Source: Methylophilaceae bacterium
GTDB lineage: Bacteria; Pseudomonadota; Gammaproteobacteria; Burkholderiales; Methylophilaceae
Assembly (NCBI GenBank): GCA_034111445.1
Contig: JAWUXH010000028.1
Coordinates: forward strand, 85,950 to 149,949
DNA: 64,000 bases
Reading direction: 5' to 3'
This document shows, one piece after another, positions 30,418 to 41,351 of the stretch. Within the stretch, counting starts at the first letter, position 1, and every line of letters starts with the position of its first letter. Both the position numbers and the translations under genes were made by a program. Under the pieces are notes generated by a model. The model worked only from the letters and a program-made list of their open reading frames with translations. It searched no databases and was not told the DNA's origin.

Positions 30418-31062
30418 TTAATGGCTTGGCCATAGGTATTGTGTGATGACTGTTGATCCAAACTTCCAAAATAGATAGAAAATTAAGCTATAAAAGAGAA
30501 TGGTTAAGCATAAACAGATGATTGAAAATACAATCATGAGCCCATCTTGTTCTGTTTCACCAATGCAATAAAACAAAACGGCCAAACTTGGAAATAGGTT
30601 TTTAAATGGAATGACACCGCCTAATGGTACGGCTACAAGTACGCCAACACTGATTAATATTAAGCCGCTTATTTTTTTCCCAAGCAAACCATTGATTAGT
30701 ACTGGTAGGCGAGGCTTGGTTAACTTGCGTAAAACCCCAATGATTTTCAAGCAAGTTTTAACGAGGCCTTGGCGTAGTGATTGCTTAAGCGCCACATTAC
30801 GCACCTTGTTTGGTAGTGAGAGTTTGTCGTGGTTTTTGTAAAGCTGCCAACCTAAGGTGATATACGCACTACTGCCGATTAGCGCAAAAAAACCTAATGG
30901 AAATGGCTGTAGAAATGGCAGTGTCAGCAAAGTAGCGGTGAACGGGTATGCTTGGGTACCAAGCATGTCGATTGAGGCGCCAAGCTTAAGTGGCTCAGTT
31001 GGTGCTGCGGCTGCAAAGCGCGTTAGGGTGGAAGCAAGTTCTTCATAACGACTCATAGGCAC
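30418..31062 (-). CDS. exopolysaccharide biosynthesis ExoD-family protein
   Basis: LLTLPFLQP.P, KPRL, P..N..P, E.DG motifs. Confidence 0.75.
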   Translation of the reverse strand: MPMSRYEELASTLTRFAAAAPTEPLKLGASIDMLGTQAYPFTATLLTLPFLQPFPLGFFALIGSSAYITLGWQLYKNHDKLSLPNKVRNVALKQSLRQGLVKTCLKIIGVLRKLTKPRLPVLINGLLGKKISGLILISVGVLVAVPLGGVIPFKNLFPSLAVLFYCIGETEQDGLMIVFSIICLCLTILFYSLIFYLFWKFGSTVITQYLWPSH

Positions 31063-31237
31063 ATGTTGTGTTTGTTATTTAATGAACACCATAATACCAA
31101 GGGCAATGCGGGAGTAGGTAAATACTTTAAAGTCGTGCGAAGCAACAAGCTTTAAATTGGAATTCACCGTCAATGGTAAAAGTGCCAAAGAAATGTATGG
31201 CGTATTGTAGAAGAGCGTATTAAGCAGATTTTAAAAT

Positions 31238-31264
31238 AAAAAAGGGCGAATAATCGCCCTTTTT
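31238..31264. terminator. rho-independent terminator
   Basis: AAAAAGGGCGA-ataa-TCGCCCTTTTT downstream of the YidB-like gene. Confidence 0.8.
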
Positions 31265-31288
31265 CAATAAAATTACTTAATAGTAATT

Positions 31289-31681
31289 TTACTTAAGCAT
31301 ACCTAAAACAGTACCAAGCAGGTCACCTGAATTATCGTTTACTTCTCCGTCTGGAGTCATTTTGTCAATCACACCAGGTAAGTGCTCAGCTAGTTGGCCT
31401 GTTAACATGCCAGGGTCAATACCAAATTTAGCTGCCATTTCAGCAATCATATCGTTACCTAAAACACCACCAAGTTGATCAGCAGAAACAGCAGCGTTCT
31501 CGCCTTTACCAACCCATGAAGCAGCTGCATCAGCTAAACCACCTTCACTCAATTTACCTAAAATACCGCCAAGACCGCCATTTTGGTTAAACATTTCCAT
31601 TGCAATGTTTGCCATGCCGCCTTTATCGCCACCAAGCATGTTACCAATTACTGCACCTGCTACGCCATCTAATAAACCCAT
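31289..31681 (-). CDS. YidB/DUF937 family protein
   Basis: MGLLD, GGLGG, SWVG.GEN, LP.VIDKMTPDG. Confidence 0.88.
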   Translation of the reverse strand: MGLLDGVAGAVIGNMLGGDKGGMANIAMEMFNQNGGLGGILGKLSEGGLADAAASWVGKGENAAVSADQLGGVLGNDMIAEMAAKFGIDPGMLTGQLAEHLPGVIDKMTPDGEVNDNSGDLLGTVLGMLK

Positions 31682-31847
31682 TTTTATACCCCTTGTAATT
31701 TTAAAATTCAATTAAGCTGGCTTCAATATAAAATGCTTGAAGCACACTTGCTATAGCCATTATATAACGTTTATATAGCCTGTTTCGTTGACGATAAGTT
31801 AAGAATGGTTGAGCATAAGTGCTTCACATTCAGTCACTTGTGTCATT

Positions 31848-33038
31848 TTAGAAGCGCTCACCACGTCTTAAATAGCGCCATTCACCAACTGGTAGTTTGC
31901 TTAAGTTGACACTACCAATACGCACACGCTTCAAGCCAACTACATGCAAGCCGACCATTTCACACATCCGTCTAATTTGACGCTTTTTACCTTCACGCAA
32001 AACAAAGCGTAATTGGTCTTCATTCTGCCAGCTGACTTTAGCCGGTTTTAATTGCTCGCCATCTAAACTCAAACCATGGTTAAGTAAGTCCATGCCGTTA
32101 TCGTCAATTTCACCCTCAACACGTACTAGGTATTCTTTCTCAACTTTTGAATCTTCACCAATTAAGTGACGGGCGATTCTGCCATCTTGAGTGAGAATTA
32201 ATAAACCAGTTGAATCAATATCTAAACGACCAGCTGGCGCTAAGCCTTTTAAATAGCTACGCTGAAAGTCTCTTTGGTCAGCAGGCCCTAAATCTGGGTC
32301 ATCAATCCACTCATTATCTGGGTGAACCAACACAATCGCTGGCTGGTAATCATCTTCAGCTTGTCCGCTGACATAACCCACAGGTTTATGTAATAGGATA
32401 GTCACGCTTTCTTCTTGATATTGCTGCGCATAACTACTAATGATAATTTCAGCTTCTGGGTCAATACGCGTGCCTAATTCTTCAATAATGACACCATCTA
32501 CCATGACCCAATGGTTCTCAATCCAAACATCGGCTTCACGGCGTGAGCAAAGACCACGTTGCGCCATGACTTTTGAAAGGCGCGGTCTATCACTGTCACT
32601 CGGTGTTGATGAATTTTTATACGCAGCTTTAGCAGCCGCACCATAGGTAGGCGCATTTGCGTCATAACCATCACGCACTTTACCGCCACGTCTTGGTGAC
32701 TGACGATATTGCGGCTCATCTCTATTCTTTTTACCCGGCGTGGTACGCGTGTCAGGGCCAGCAGGTCTATGCTGCCTTTCTTGATGCGGGTCTTTAGACC
32801 TTGGTGGCGTTCTGTTGTCAGACGATCTATTATCTCTAGCAGAACGGTCACGTGAATCATTACCTGAGTCGTTCGAATCAGCCCACTCATCCTTAACCAC
32901 TGGTTTCGGTGGTGGTTTAGAGCGGTCACGTAATGACGGATCAGCTCTTCTAAGCGGTTTGTTACGGGCTGAAGGAGCTTCAGATTTGTTTTTATTTAAT
33001 TTAAGTGTAGTCAAAATAGGTTCCAATGCGTTATGCAT
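31848..33038 (-). CDS. 23S rRNA pseudouridine synthase (RluB/RluF-like) with long disordered N-terminus
   Basis: S4 domain RLSKVMA..G.CSRREAD, HKPVG, GRLDIDSTGL, EGKKRQIRRM. Confidence 0.92.
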   Translation of the reverse strand: MHNALEPILTTLKLNKNKSEAPSARNKPLRRADPSLRDRSKPPPKPVVKDEWADSNDSGNDSRDRSARDNRSSDNRTPPRSKDPHQERQHRPAGPDTRTTPGKKNRDEPQYRQSPRRGGKVRDGYDANAPTYGAAAKAAYKNSSTPSDSDRPRLSKVMAQRGLCSRREADVWIENHWVMVDGVIIEELGTRIDPEAEIIISSYAQQYQEESVTILLHKPVGYVSGQAEDDYQPAIVLVHPDNEWIDDPDLGPADQRDFQRSYLKGLAPAGRLDIDSTGLLILTQDGRIARHLIGEDSKVEKEYLVRVEGEIDDNGMDLLNHGLSLDGEQLKPAKVSWQNEDQLRFVLREGKKRQIRRMCEMVGLHVVGLKRVRIGSVNLSKLPVGEWRYLRRGERF

Positions 33039-33112
33039 TTTAACAGACTAAAGCTTGCGATTTGTACTACTAGCCTATTATTAAGTTAACCAAATGTAAA
33101 GGGTCCGTAAAA

Positions 33113-34513
33113 ATGGATGCAACCGTCAATATGTCAGCCGCGGCCATCGCACTGAATCGTTTCGGTTTAGGGGCAACGCCGAATAGTGCTGTACCTGCCA
33201 ACCCAAAGCAATGGTTGTTGTCGCAGCTTAATGCTTACCAACCATATCCAAAAGCTTGGCAACAACATCGCCACACTGCTGAATTAGTCACCGCTTATTA
33301 TGCGCGCAAACAAAATAAGATGGGTGAATCGCAAGATAAAAAAGCCAAAATGGCTAAGCGTAAAGCCTTTAATCAAACCGCACGCCGTGGTTACCAATCT
33401 GCCGTACGTATGCGCATGAATAGTGCTTTGCAAACGCAAACCCCTTTTGTTGAAAGATTAGTACACTTTTGGGCAAACCACTTTGCTATCTCAGCTGATA
33501 AAGCTGAAACACGTTACTTAGCTGGGGCCTTTGAGTTAGATGCTATTCGACCACATGTATTGGGTAATTTTAAAACGATGTTAATGGCGGTTGAAAAACA
33601 CCCTGCCATGTTGGTGTATTTAAACCAAGTGAACTCCATTGGCCCACACAGTAAGGCTGGCATACGTGCCAATCAAAAGAAGCCAACTCTTAACCGTGGC
33701 TTAAATGAAAACTTAGCGCGTGAAATTATGGAACTGCATACGCTTGGCGTGAGGAGTGGCTATACCCAAAACGATGTGACAGCGTTTGCCCGTGCTTTAA
33801 CGGGCTGGAACGTGCAAAAGGGTAAGCAGCGCCGCAATGATATTGCACAAGCGAATGGTTTTGCATTTAGGTCAAACATGCACGAGCCCGGCTCGCGTAC
33901 CCTATTGCAACAACAATATCCGCAACAAGGGTTAAGCCAAGCAGAGGCGATATTAAGTGATTTAGCTATTTCACCGCATACCGCCAAAAACATTGCCACT
34001 AAACTCGTACGCCATTTTGTGGCAGATAACCCGCCACGTGCCTTAGTTGAACAATTGACCAATACATTTGAACGAAGCCAAGGTGATTTAAGCAGCGTTT
34101 ACCGTGAGCTGATCAATGCCGTAGAAGCTTGGCAACCTGCACCAGCCAAATTTAAAAGCCCATGGGCTTGGGCAGTATCAGCCTTGCGTGGGTTGGATAT
34201 CAACAGCATTGATGATGAAAAATTAGCACAATATTTTGACCAATTAGGCCAACCCATTTGGAAGCCCGGCTCACCAGCGGGTTACGCTGATACCAGTGCC
34301 GCATGGCTATCCCCCAGTGCCTTGTTGCGGCGCATAGAAGTGGCGCAACGGATTGCCAAAACACTGGGTGCGCAGGCAGATGGACGCACCCTAGCCCCTA
34401 AACTATTATTGGGTGGATTAAGCCAAGCCACACAAACGGCTATTGCAAGGTCTGAAAGCGCAACTTCTGGTTTAGCGCTATTGTTTGTATCACCAGAATT
34501 TTTAAGGAGGTAA
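33113..34513 (+). CDS. DUF1800 family protein
   Basis: ERLVHFWANHF, NENLAREIMELHTLG, SPEF. Confidence 0.92.
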   Translation: MDATVNMSAAAIALNRFGLGATPNSAVPANPKQWLLSQLNAYQPYPKAWQQHRHTAELVTAYYARKQNKMGESQDKKAKMAKRKAFNQTARRGYQSAVRMRMNSALQTQTPFVERLVHFWANHFAISADKAETRYLAGAFELDAIRPHVLGNFKTMLMAVEKHPAMLVYLNQVNSIGPHSKAGIRANQKKPTLNRGLNENLAREIMELHTLGVRSGYTQNDVTAFARALTGWNVQKGKQRRNDIAQANGFAFRSNMHEPGSRTLLQQQYPQQGLSQAEAILSDLAISPHTAKNIATKLVRHFVADNPPRALVEQLTNTFERSQGDLSSVYRELINAVEAWQPAPAKFKSPWAWAVSALRGLDINSIDDEKLAQYFDQLGQPIWKPGSPAGYADTSAAWLSPSALLRRIEVAQRIAKTLGAQADGRTLAPKLLLGGLSQATQTAIARSESATSGLALLFVSPEFLRR

Positions 34514-34515
34514 GC

Positions 34516-35651
34516 ATGATTAATCGTAGAGACTTTTTACGGGTAATGGCCACAGGTGGCGCGATGCTTGCTATGCCGAAATTAACATTCGCCAAAGCGA
34601 ATACCAATCAACGTTTTATCTTTGTTATGCAACGTGGTGCCGCAGACGGCCTAAATATTGTCATCCCATACGCTGACCCAAATTACGCTAAGTTACGAAA
34701 GTCATTAGCCATTGATGCATCACAAGCCGTTAAGTTAGATAGCTTGTTTGCATTGCACCCCGCATTAAAGCAAACCGCAAAACTGTATACCGAAGGCCAA
34801 GCCCTGTTTGTACAGGCCGTGACCGCCAACGCTCACACTTTGATGCGCAAAACGTCTTAGAAACGGGAGGCAACTCACCTTACCAATTAAAAGATGGCTG
34901 GATGAACCGTTTACTGACGCTGTTAGCAGGCAAACAAAAAGAGGCGATTGCCATTGCACAATCAGTACCGATGGCGTTGCGTGGCAATGTGCAAGTCGCC
35001 TCGTATGCGCCATCAAAATTGCCAGATGCCGCAGAAGACTTAATGCTAAGGGTCACAAAACTATATGAAAATGATGATGCTTTACATGCCGCATGGACAT
35101 CAGCCATGGAAGTTGAAAGCATGGCCGCACACGCCACTAAAAAGCGTGACCCTGCAGGCCTCGGTAAGTTAACCGGTGGATTTTTAGCGCGAGAAGATGG
35201 ACCAAGAATCGCCATGTTGGAAAGTAATGGCTGGGATACGCACAGTGGTCAAAACGGCCGGTTAAATCGTCAGCTTTCAGGGTTAGATGGCTTTATTGCA
35301 TCATTAAAAGAAACGCTAGGCGATACTTGGCAACAGACCACTGTTTTAGTTTGTACTGAGTTTGGCCGTACTGCCTCAGTGAATGGCACACAAGGTACGG
35401 ACCATGGCACGGCATCTGCGGCCATGTTGTATGGCGGCGGCTTAAAAGGTGGCAGGGTGTTAGCGGATTGGCCAAGCTTGAATAACGCTAGCTTATATCA
35501 AGGGCGAGACCTAATGCCAACATTAGGGTTAGATACCTTAATCACTTCAGTGGTCGCAGAGCTATATGGGTTGGACCCTTATCGTGTGCGTAGGGTGTTA
35601 TTCCCACAAGGAAGTGATCTTAAGGCGTTAGAGGGCTTTTATCGTACTTAA
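34516..35651 (+). pseudogene. DUF1501 family Tat-exported protein, frameshifted near 34822
   Basis: NRRDFL Tat signal and RGAADGL; the conserved RSHFDAQ...GW and GWDTH, EFGR, GTDHG motifs continue in another frame. Confidence 0.85.
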
Positions 35652-35681
35652 GTGATGAATGTGATGTGGTATTTAGAAAAC

Positions 35682-35719
35682 AAAAAGGCCGTAGCAAATA
35701 AATGCTACGGCCTTATTTT
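35682..35719. terminator. bidirectional terminator
   Basis: AAGGCCGTAGCA-aataaa-TGCTACGGCCTT between convergent genes. Confidence 0.8.
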
Positions 35720-35770
35720 AATAAACAACCCTTATCAACTTGGCGTTACCACCAAATCGATGAAAAGCGA

Positions 35771-37237
35771 TTATTTATCGTTATCACGCATCTTGCTGAA
35801 CCAGTACTCTAGTTGTTTACCAGCTGCATCACGACCACCAAGGCCAAATGCTAAAGCAACAGCTACTGCAATAGAACCAAGAGTTAAGCCAAATGCCATG
35901 TTAACGATGTCATCAGCAATACCCATTGCACGTAAGCCCATTGCAACCACTAAACCGATAATCGCTAGTCTAGCAATGGTTGCTAAGCCAGAAGAGTTTT
36001 TACCGCTTGCACGATCAATTGCTTTATAAGCTAGGTTAGATAACCAGAACCCGATCATTAAGATCACTGAACCAAGTAAGATATCGCCACCGAACTGGAT
36101 GAACATTGAAACAATGTCACTCACCTGTGTGAAACCTAAACGGTTAGCCGCTTCAACTGAAGCAAATAGTAATGCAAAGAATACGATTACTTTACCCACT
36201 AATACTGAAACAGTTGTTTTAGCAGTGAATGTTTCTGAAAAACCAAGTTTCGCAGGTACTTCATTAAAACCAATACCTGTTAATAGGTTAGTCACTATTG
36301 AAGCCACAAATCTAGAAACATAATAAGTAATGGCTAAGATCACAGCCGAAGCTAAGATGTTAGGAATTGCACTAAACATCATGCCAAGCATATCGCTTGC
36401 TGGTTGTGAAATTGAATCCATTTCCAGTGTATCTAAAGCAGCGATTAATGAAGGTACAAATACCAATACAAAGATTAAAGTACCAGCAACACTTGAGATT
36501 TTAAAACCACCAGTATCACCCATGCTTTGTGTGAATTTATCAACACCAGCAGTACCTAGGATGTTTGATACTAAACCACTTAAGATTTTAGCAACAATCC
36601 AACCAACAAATGCAATCACACCGCCAGCAAAGATGTTTGGCAACATGCCCATGATTTTGTTAACCATACCTTGTACAGGTAGTAGTAAACCATTCAACTC
36701 GAATGTTGAAAGTAGCGCAGGTAAGAACATTAAGATAATTAACCAAAATAACATGTTGCCTAGATTCTTACTCATTGGCTCCATGTTTGCTTCTTTGCTT
36801 AATTTTTCATCTAAGTTTGTTGCCGCAAGTGCTTTAGTGCTTAATACTTTCACTAAAGAAGCAATTGCCCAAGCAATCGCTAATAGAATCAAACCACCAA
36901 AGATACGTGGTAAGTATTCAAATACTTGAGAAACAAGTAGGTTGAACGGGCCAGAAACTGAATCTAAGTTCAAGCTGCTGAATACCCCGATAAGTGTCAT
37001 TAATAAAATGAGTATGAATGCGCCAAATGAAATGCCTGATGCTAAGTCAATTTCTTGACCTGTACTATCTGAAATGCGTTTGTTTAAGCCAATCATGGTT
37101 AAGAAATGGTTAAGTCCAGCGCGTACTAGTACCGCTAGAATCCAACCACCGATTAAAATTAAAACAGCACCCAAAATGCTAGGTAAATGTTGCCCTAGCT
37201 GACTTTGGATACTGTTAAACAGTGTAGTAAAGTCCAT
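35771..37237 (-). CDS. conserved-TM-helix repeat protein (CmpX/mechanosensitive channel-like)
   Basis: Repeated LP.I..A..IL..GW units; ALAFGLGGRDAA terminus. Confidence 0.82.
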   Translation of the reverse strand: MDFTTLFNSIQSQLGQHLPSILGAVLILIGGWILAVLVRAGLNHFLTMIGLNKRISDSTGQEIDLASGISFGAFILILLMTLIGVFSSLNLDSVSGPFNLLVSQVFEYLPRIFGGLILLAIAWAIASLVKVLSTKALAATNLDEKLSKEANMEPMSKNLGNMLFWLIILMFLPALLSTFELNGLLLPVQGMVNKIMGMLPNIFAGGVIAFVGWIVAKILSGLVSNILGTAGVDKFTQSMGDTGGFKISSVAGTLIFVLVFVPSLIAALDTLEMDSISQPASDMLGMMFSAIPNILASAVILAITYYVSRFVASIVTNLLTGIGFNEVPAKLGFSETFTAKTTVSVLVGKVIVFFALLFASVEAANRLGFTQVSDIVSMFIQFGGDILLGSVILMIGFWLSNLAYKAIDRASGKNSSGLATIARLAIIGLVVAMGLRAMGIADDIVNMAFGLTLGSIAVAVALAFGLGGRDAAGKQLEYWFSKMRDNDK

Positions 37238-37399
37238 TGTAAATTCCCCTAAGTTATAACAAGTATTAAAAACATCAATACTGATAAGGTAAACGATACT
37301 CTATATTCAACAAATATAACAATTGTTATCGGAAATTTACAATTGGTTCCATTTTTGAATAAATGGCGTGAATAGTACATAAAATTATGTTTTATATAG

Positions 37400-37430
37400 T
37401 AAAAATGCCTGCATATAGCAGGCATTTTTA
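37400..37430. terminator. rho-independent terminator
   Basis: TAAAAATGCCTGC-atata-GCAGGCATTTTTA. Confidence 0.8.
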
Positions 37431-37457
37431 ATCATTCAAGTGTTACTTAAGCTTGAG

Positions 37458-37892
37458 TTATTCTCTCCAAGCATGGCCTGGCATATCGCAATGGCCACAA
37501 AGTGTTGCACCTGCAGTCGCAACAAGGTGGTCATTTTCAACCGTATCGCCACTCACGCCAACAGCGCCAAGTAAGTTCCCATCTTTATCAACAATTGGTA
37601 CACCACCTGGGAAAGTGATTAAGCCGTCATTTGAGTGCTCAATGCCGTAAAGCGGTTGTCCCGGTACTGAAAGCTTGCCAATTTCACCTGATGACATTGA
37701 AAAGAAGCATGATGTTTTTGCTTTTTTAATAGCAATGTCGCTACTGCCAATCCAAGCATCATCCATACGTGCAAATGCTTTGATGTTTCCACCTGAGTCT
37801 AAAACAGCGATACACATCTTAAGGTTTAATTCTTCTGATTTTTTCACTGCGCTGTTGACGATTTGTTGTGCTTCTTTAAATGATACGTGCAT
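37458..37892 (-). CDS. GlcG/HbpS family heme-binding protein
   Basis: IAVLD.GG, RMDDA, A..KA.T, GGVPI, GAVGVSG...D; GGAGAA RBS before ATG 37892. Confidence 0.9.
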   Translation of the reverse strand: MHVSFKEAQQIVNSAVKKSEELNLKMCIAVLDSGGNIKAFARMDDAWIGSSDIAIKKAKTSCFFSMSSGEIGKLSVPGQPLYGIEHSNDGLITFPGGVPIVDKDGNLLGAVGVSGDTVENDHLVATAGATLCGHCDMPGHAWRE

Positions 37893-38095
37893 TAACTTCT
37901 CCAATAAAATTGATTCTGACGCGAAGGCCTAAAGCCATGTTGCCTGATAATTAGAACGAGCGGATAAATTGCCGACCTGCTTTTATCTTAACAGATATCT
38001 AATTGCGCGCGACTGTACCCATTGACATAATTAATGGAACTTAACACCTTGGCGGTGGTGATCTTCAATGTGTGATTTTGCTTTATTTTGTATAG

Positions 38096-40123
38096 TTAGT
38101 TATTTCTATAACGTTCATTGCTATAAAGCCATGCAGGTAATAGTGAGTGAGCTAACGCACGTTTTGCTTGCGCGTTAGCATTGGCTGGAGCAGCCACGAC
38201 CGTGACCTTTTTACTTGTCCTATCGTAATGGCCAAACGTAGCAACTTGATCGGGGCGTAAAACGACTAATTCTTGCCCCTCCATCCATGCATAATTTTTG
38301 TTATATTGCATCATGGCACGGCCAGGGGTATTGTCTGCCTCACTACTCAAATCACGACCGATCATTGGGCTTTTAACTTCAATGCCGGCTAATGACAATA
38401 AGGTCGTTGGTAAATCAATTTGGCTGGCCACTGTTTTGATTTTTTTAGGTTTAATGTCTGCCCCTAAAATAAGCCCTGGAATGTGAAAATGGGTGACTGG
38501 CACTAAATCAGCGCCACGAACATGGATATCGTGGTCAGCCACCACAAGAAAGATGGTGTCTTTATAGTACTCGCTTGTTTTCGCTTTTTTAAAAAACTGA
38601 CCTAATGCAAAGTCCGTATATTTGACCGCATTATTTTCCGTGGCTTTTTCGGCTTCATATGGTTTGATGCGCCCGTCAGGGTATTCAAATGGGGAGTGGT
38701 TAGAGGAAGTAAAAGCCAATGTGAAAAATGGTTGTCCAGTTGCATGATGTTTCGTTAATTGTTCATGTGTGCGGTTGAGTAGGTCTTCATCAGAGACGCC
38801 CCAGCTACCAACAAATGATGGGTTTACATAATCCTTTTGATCAATCACTTGTTGAAACCCATTGCCCATAAAAAAACCACGCATATTATCAAAGTGAGAC
38901 TCACCACCATAAATAAATTCTGTTAAATAGCCTTGATCACTCAGAATGCTAGCAAGTGTTACAAAGTTATTTTGCGCGAGTGATAACTTCACAACACTGC
39001 GAGCAGGGGTCGGTGCAAACCCAGCAACAACCGCTTCAATACCTCTTACAGAGCGTGTGCCAGTTGCATATAATTGTTCAAACCACCAGCCGTCATTTTT
39101 AAGTTTTTCTAGTTCAGGTGTTGCTGGAATGCCACCAAGTGACTCAACAAATGTGGCCCCTAAACTTTCTTCCAAAATGATCACAATATTTAATGGCTTA
39201 TCTCGATTTCTACTTGGCTTTTGTAGGGACAGTGTAGGGAATTGTGCATGGTTTAATAGTTGGTTGTTGTCTTGGTACGTAGCCCTATTGTTTTTAAACT
39301 CAGCAATCATCTCTTTAGTAGACATTTTGCCGTAAATTTTGCTAGAGCCTTTTTCATGCTTCAAGTTGTAAATGGCATAAAGGACTGAGTACGGAGAATT
39401 TAAAATAAGCGTATTAACCATTGAGTCATTAGTAATGGCAAATAAAGCTGGATTAGCTGGGCGGTGACCTAGTGTAGAGCGAATGCTGAGTATGGTTAAT
39501 AAAAGTACCAGTGGTAACGCAATTAAAAAAGGAAGCAGGCGGAAGTGATTTTTTTGTTTTACCCATGGTTTTGCTAATTGAATCATTAACCAAACCGCGG
39601 CTACAATCGCGATGATACCTGCCAAGACATGTACTCTAAAGCCATTCCACAACATCGGGATGACCTCTTGAGGGTATTTTAAATATTCTACAAATAGACG
39701 GTTCGGGCGTGTATCGTATTCTGCAATAAAGCCTGGTGATGCCGCTTCTAAAAAAATAATGAACGAAATGACAAAAACAAGCCAAATAAACGTGAAGTAA
39801 CGCCATTGCTGCCAAGCTTTAAAAATAGCAAACAATGGTGATAGTAACAACGGAATAAGGGCGAATAAGCTGAGCAAAATCAAGTCGACGCGTACACCTT
39901 GCAGCAATACGTCTTGCAATAAGCCAGTAGCCGTGACGCGGTCTGCTTGCCATAGTATTAAGCTAATACGCGAAAGTGAGAGTATTGGTAAGCCAATGAT
40001 TAACATTGCTACCAAGGGTGCGTAAGCGCCCGTTGGTCTTAGTTTTTCCCAAAAAGATTCACTAATATTGGAAGGTTGGAAAAGTGAATGTTTAGTGACG
40101 GCTTGAATGCTAGTTGTGTGCAT
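38096..40123 (-). CDS. LTA synthase/OpgB-like membrane sulfatase-fold phosphotransferase
   Basis: About 5 TMs, then ILEESLGA, ATGTRSVRG, TSSNHSPF, VADHD. Confidence 0.88.
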   Translation of the reverse strand: MHTTSIQAVTKHSLFQPSNISESFWEKLRPTGAYAPLVAMLIIGLPILSLSRISLILWQADRVTATGLLQDVLLQGVRVDLILLSLFALIPLLLSPLFAIFKAWQQWRYFTFIWLVFVISFIIFLEAASPGFIAEYDTRPNRLFVEYLKYPQEVIPMLWNGFRVHVLAGIIAIVAAVWLMIQLAKPWVKQKNHFRLLPFLIALPLVLLLTILSIRSTLGHRPANPALFAITNDSMVNTLILNSPYSVLYAIYNLKHEKGSSKIYGKMSTKEMIAEFKNNRATYQDNNQLLNHAQFPTLSLQKPSRNRDKPLNIVIILEESLGATFVESLGGIPATPELEKLKNDGWWFEQLYATGTRSVRGIEAVVAGFAPTPARSVVKLSLAQNNFVTLASILSDQGYLTEFIYGGESHFDNMRGFFMGNGFQQVIDQKDYVNPSFVGSWGVSDEDLLNRTHEQLTKHHATGQPFFTLAFTSSNHSPFEYPDGRIKPYEAEKATENNAVKYTDFALGQFFKKAKTSEYYKDTIFLVVADHDIHVRGADLVPVTHFHIPGLILGADIKPKKIKTVASQIDLPTTLLSLAGIEVKSPMIGRDLSSEADNTPGRAMMQYNKNYAWMEGQELVVLRPDQVATFGHYDRTSKKVTVVAAPANANAQAKRALAHSLLPAWLYSNERYRNN

Positions 40124-40160
40124 GCTGATTAGTGCTTGTATGTAAGGTAATTAAAATAGT

Positions 40161-40176
40161 AGCAATTATAATGCCA
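40161..40176 (-). promoter_or_regulatory. sigma54 -24/-12 promoter of the LTA-synthase-like gene
   Basis: Minus strand TGGCATTATAATTGCT fits TGGCAC-N5-TTGCW. Confidence 0.8.
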
Positions 40177-40201
40177 GTCGAAATTAAGAAATGTAAATAG
40201 T

Positions 40202-40214
40202 TAACTATTTGATT
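40202..40214 (-). promoter_or_regulatory. IHF site
   Basis: AATCAAATAGTTA is an exact WATCAA-N4-TTR match, between promoter and enhancer. Confidence 0.65.
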
Positions 40215-40260
40215 ATATTAATAATTTTTTATATTTAAACTGTGTTGAAAAGTGAGGATT

Positions 40261-40295
40261 CTGCATTTCATGCAGTATGTATGCAATAGTTGCAG
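40261..40295. promoter_or_regulatory. tandem enhancer (UAS) palindromes TGCA-N5-TGCA
   Basis: CTGCATTTCATGCAG and ATGCAATAGTTGCAG, 20 bp apart. Confidence 0.65.
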
Positions 40296-40422
40296 GTTTC
40301 GATACGCATAAGGGTTTGTTACGGGCGTGTAAAGCCGAAGGTGTTAATGATGGTAAAAGGAATTAGCCAATTTAAACTTGGGATTTAAGAGTAATAAGTC
40401 AAAGTGAAAAAGGTAATGTTGA

Positions 40423-41220
40423 TTATTTATTGAGATGTTTTCTGGCAATGAGAGTTGGTTTTTTAAGGCCGCTCGATACTGCCGCTGGAATCACGCCATT
40501 TAGCCATGCAAAAAATGATTCTGGTTGGCCAATATAGTGTTCATCTTTTTCTCGGTGAATTGCTTCAATAATTTCATTGGCGACTTTAACAGGGTTATCC
40601 ACATTGGCTTTTGTTTCGGCCATCATTAATGCCGATGCTTCATTGTTAATAGCGGTTTTAATCGCTCGCGGTGCGATATAACTCACTTTGATATTGGTAT
40701 CGAATAACTCACGGCGTAGGGCTTGCGAAAATCCACGCAATGCAAACTTACTGGCACTATAAGCTGTGTAGTGTGGGTAGCCCATTGAGCCGAAAATTGA
40801 ACCAATATTCACAATTTGACCAGCATTACGCTCAGTGAGGTGCGGTAATAGGGCCCGGGTTAATAGCATTGGTACGATTGAATTGATATACATGATTTGG
40901 GCGATACGGGTAGGACTTTGGTCTTTAAAGTAAGTAAAGTCTAGCGTGCCGGCAGAGTTGATCAGAATGTCAATTTCACCCATTTTAGTTTTGGCCGACT
41001 CAATCACAACTTCTGCCGCATTTTCTGCTTGAAAGTCATTGATGATTGGAAATGCACTACCGCCAAGCGTGGTTAGTTCTTGCGCGAGTTTAATTAATGT
41101 TGTTTCGTCTCTACCGACTAATGCGACCTTTGCGCCGAGCTTACCTAGTTGCAAGGCAATCGCTTGACCCAAACCGCCATTGGCACCAGTTAACACAATA
41201 GATTTATTGCTAAAGCTCAT
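40423..41220 (-). CDS. SDR family oxidoreductase
   Basis: TGANGGLG, NSAG, GS, YSASK; GAGGG RBS before ATG 41220. Confidence 0.92.
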   Translation of the reverse strand: MSFSNKSIVLTGANGGLGQAIALQLGKLGAKVALVGRDETTLIKLAQELTTLGGSAFPIINDFQAENAAEVVIESAKTKMGEIDILINSAGTLDFTYFKDQSPTRIAQIMYINSIVPMLLTRALLPHLTERNAGQIVNIGSIFGSMGYPHYTAYSASKFALRGFSQALRRELFDTNIKVSYIAPRAIKTAINNEASALMMAETKANVDNPVKVANEIIEAIHREKDEHYIGQPESFFAWLNGVIPAAVSSGLKKPTLIARKHLNK

Positions 41221-41351
41221 ACTACCCTCATTCACAATAGTGATTATTTATTTGTTGGAAGTTGACCGTAAAGACTGTTATTAATAGTGCCACAATATAT
41301 AAATGAATGTAATCTGTTTTAAGGAGAAATTATCAAAAATAAGGTGCTTCA

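Noticed and set aside
31126-31239. Possible decayed gene 3' end on the + strand (…GKSAKEMYGV / EERIKQILK*)
   Set aside because: No start codon, needs a frameshift, and no recognisable family
41276-41291. Internal sigma54 promoter before the SDR gene (TGGCACTATTAATAAC on the minus strand)
   Set aside because: The -24 element matches but the essential -12 GC is absent
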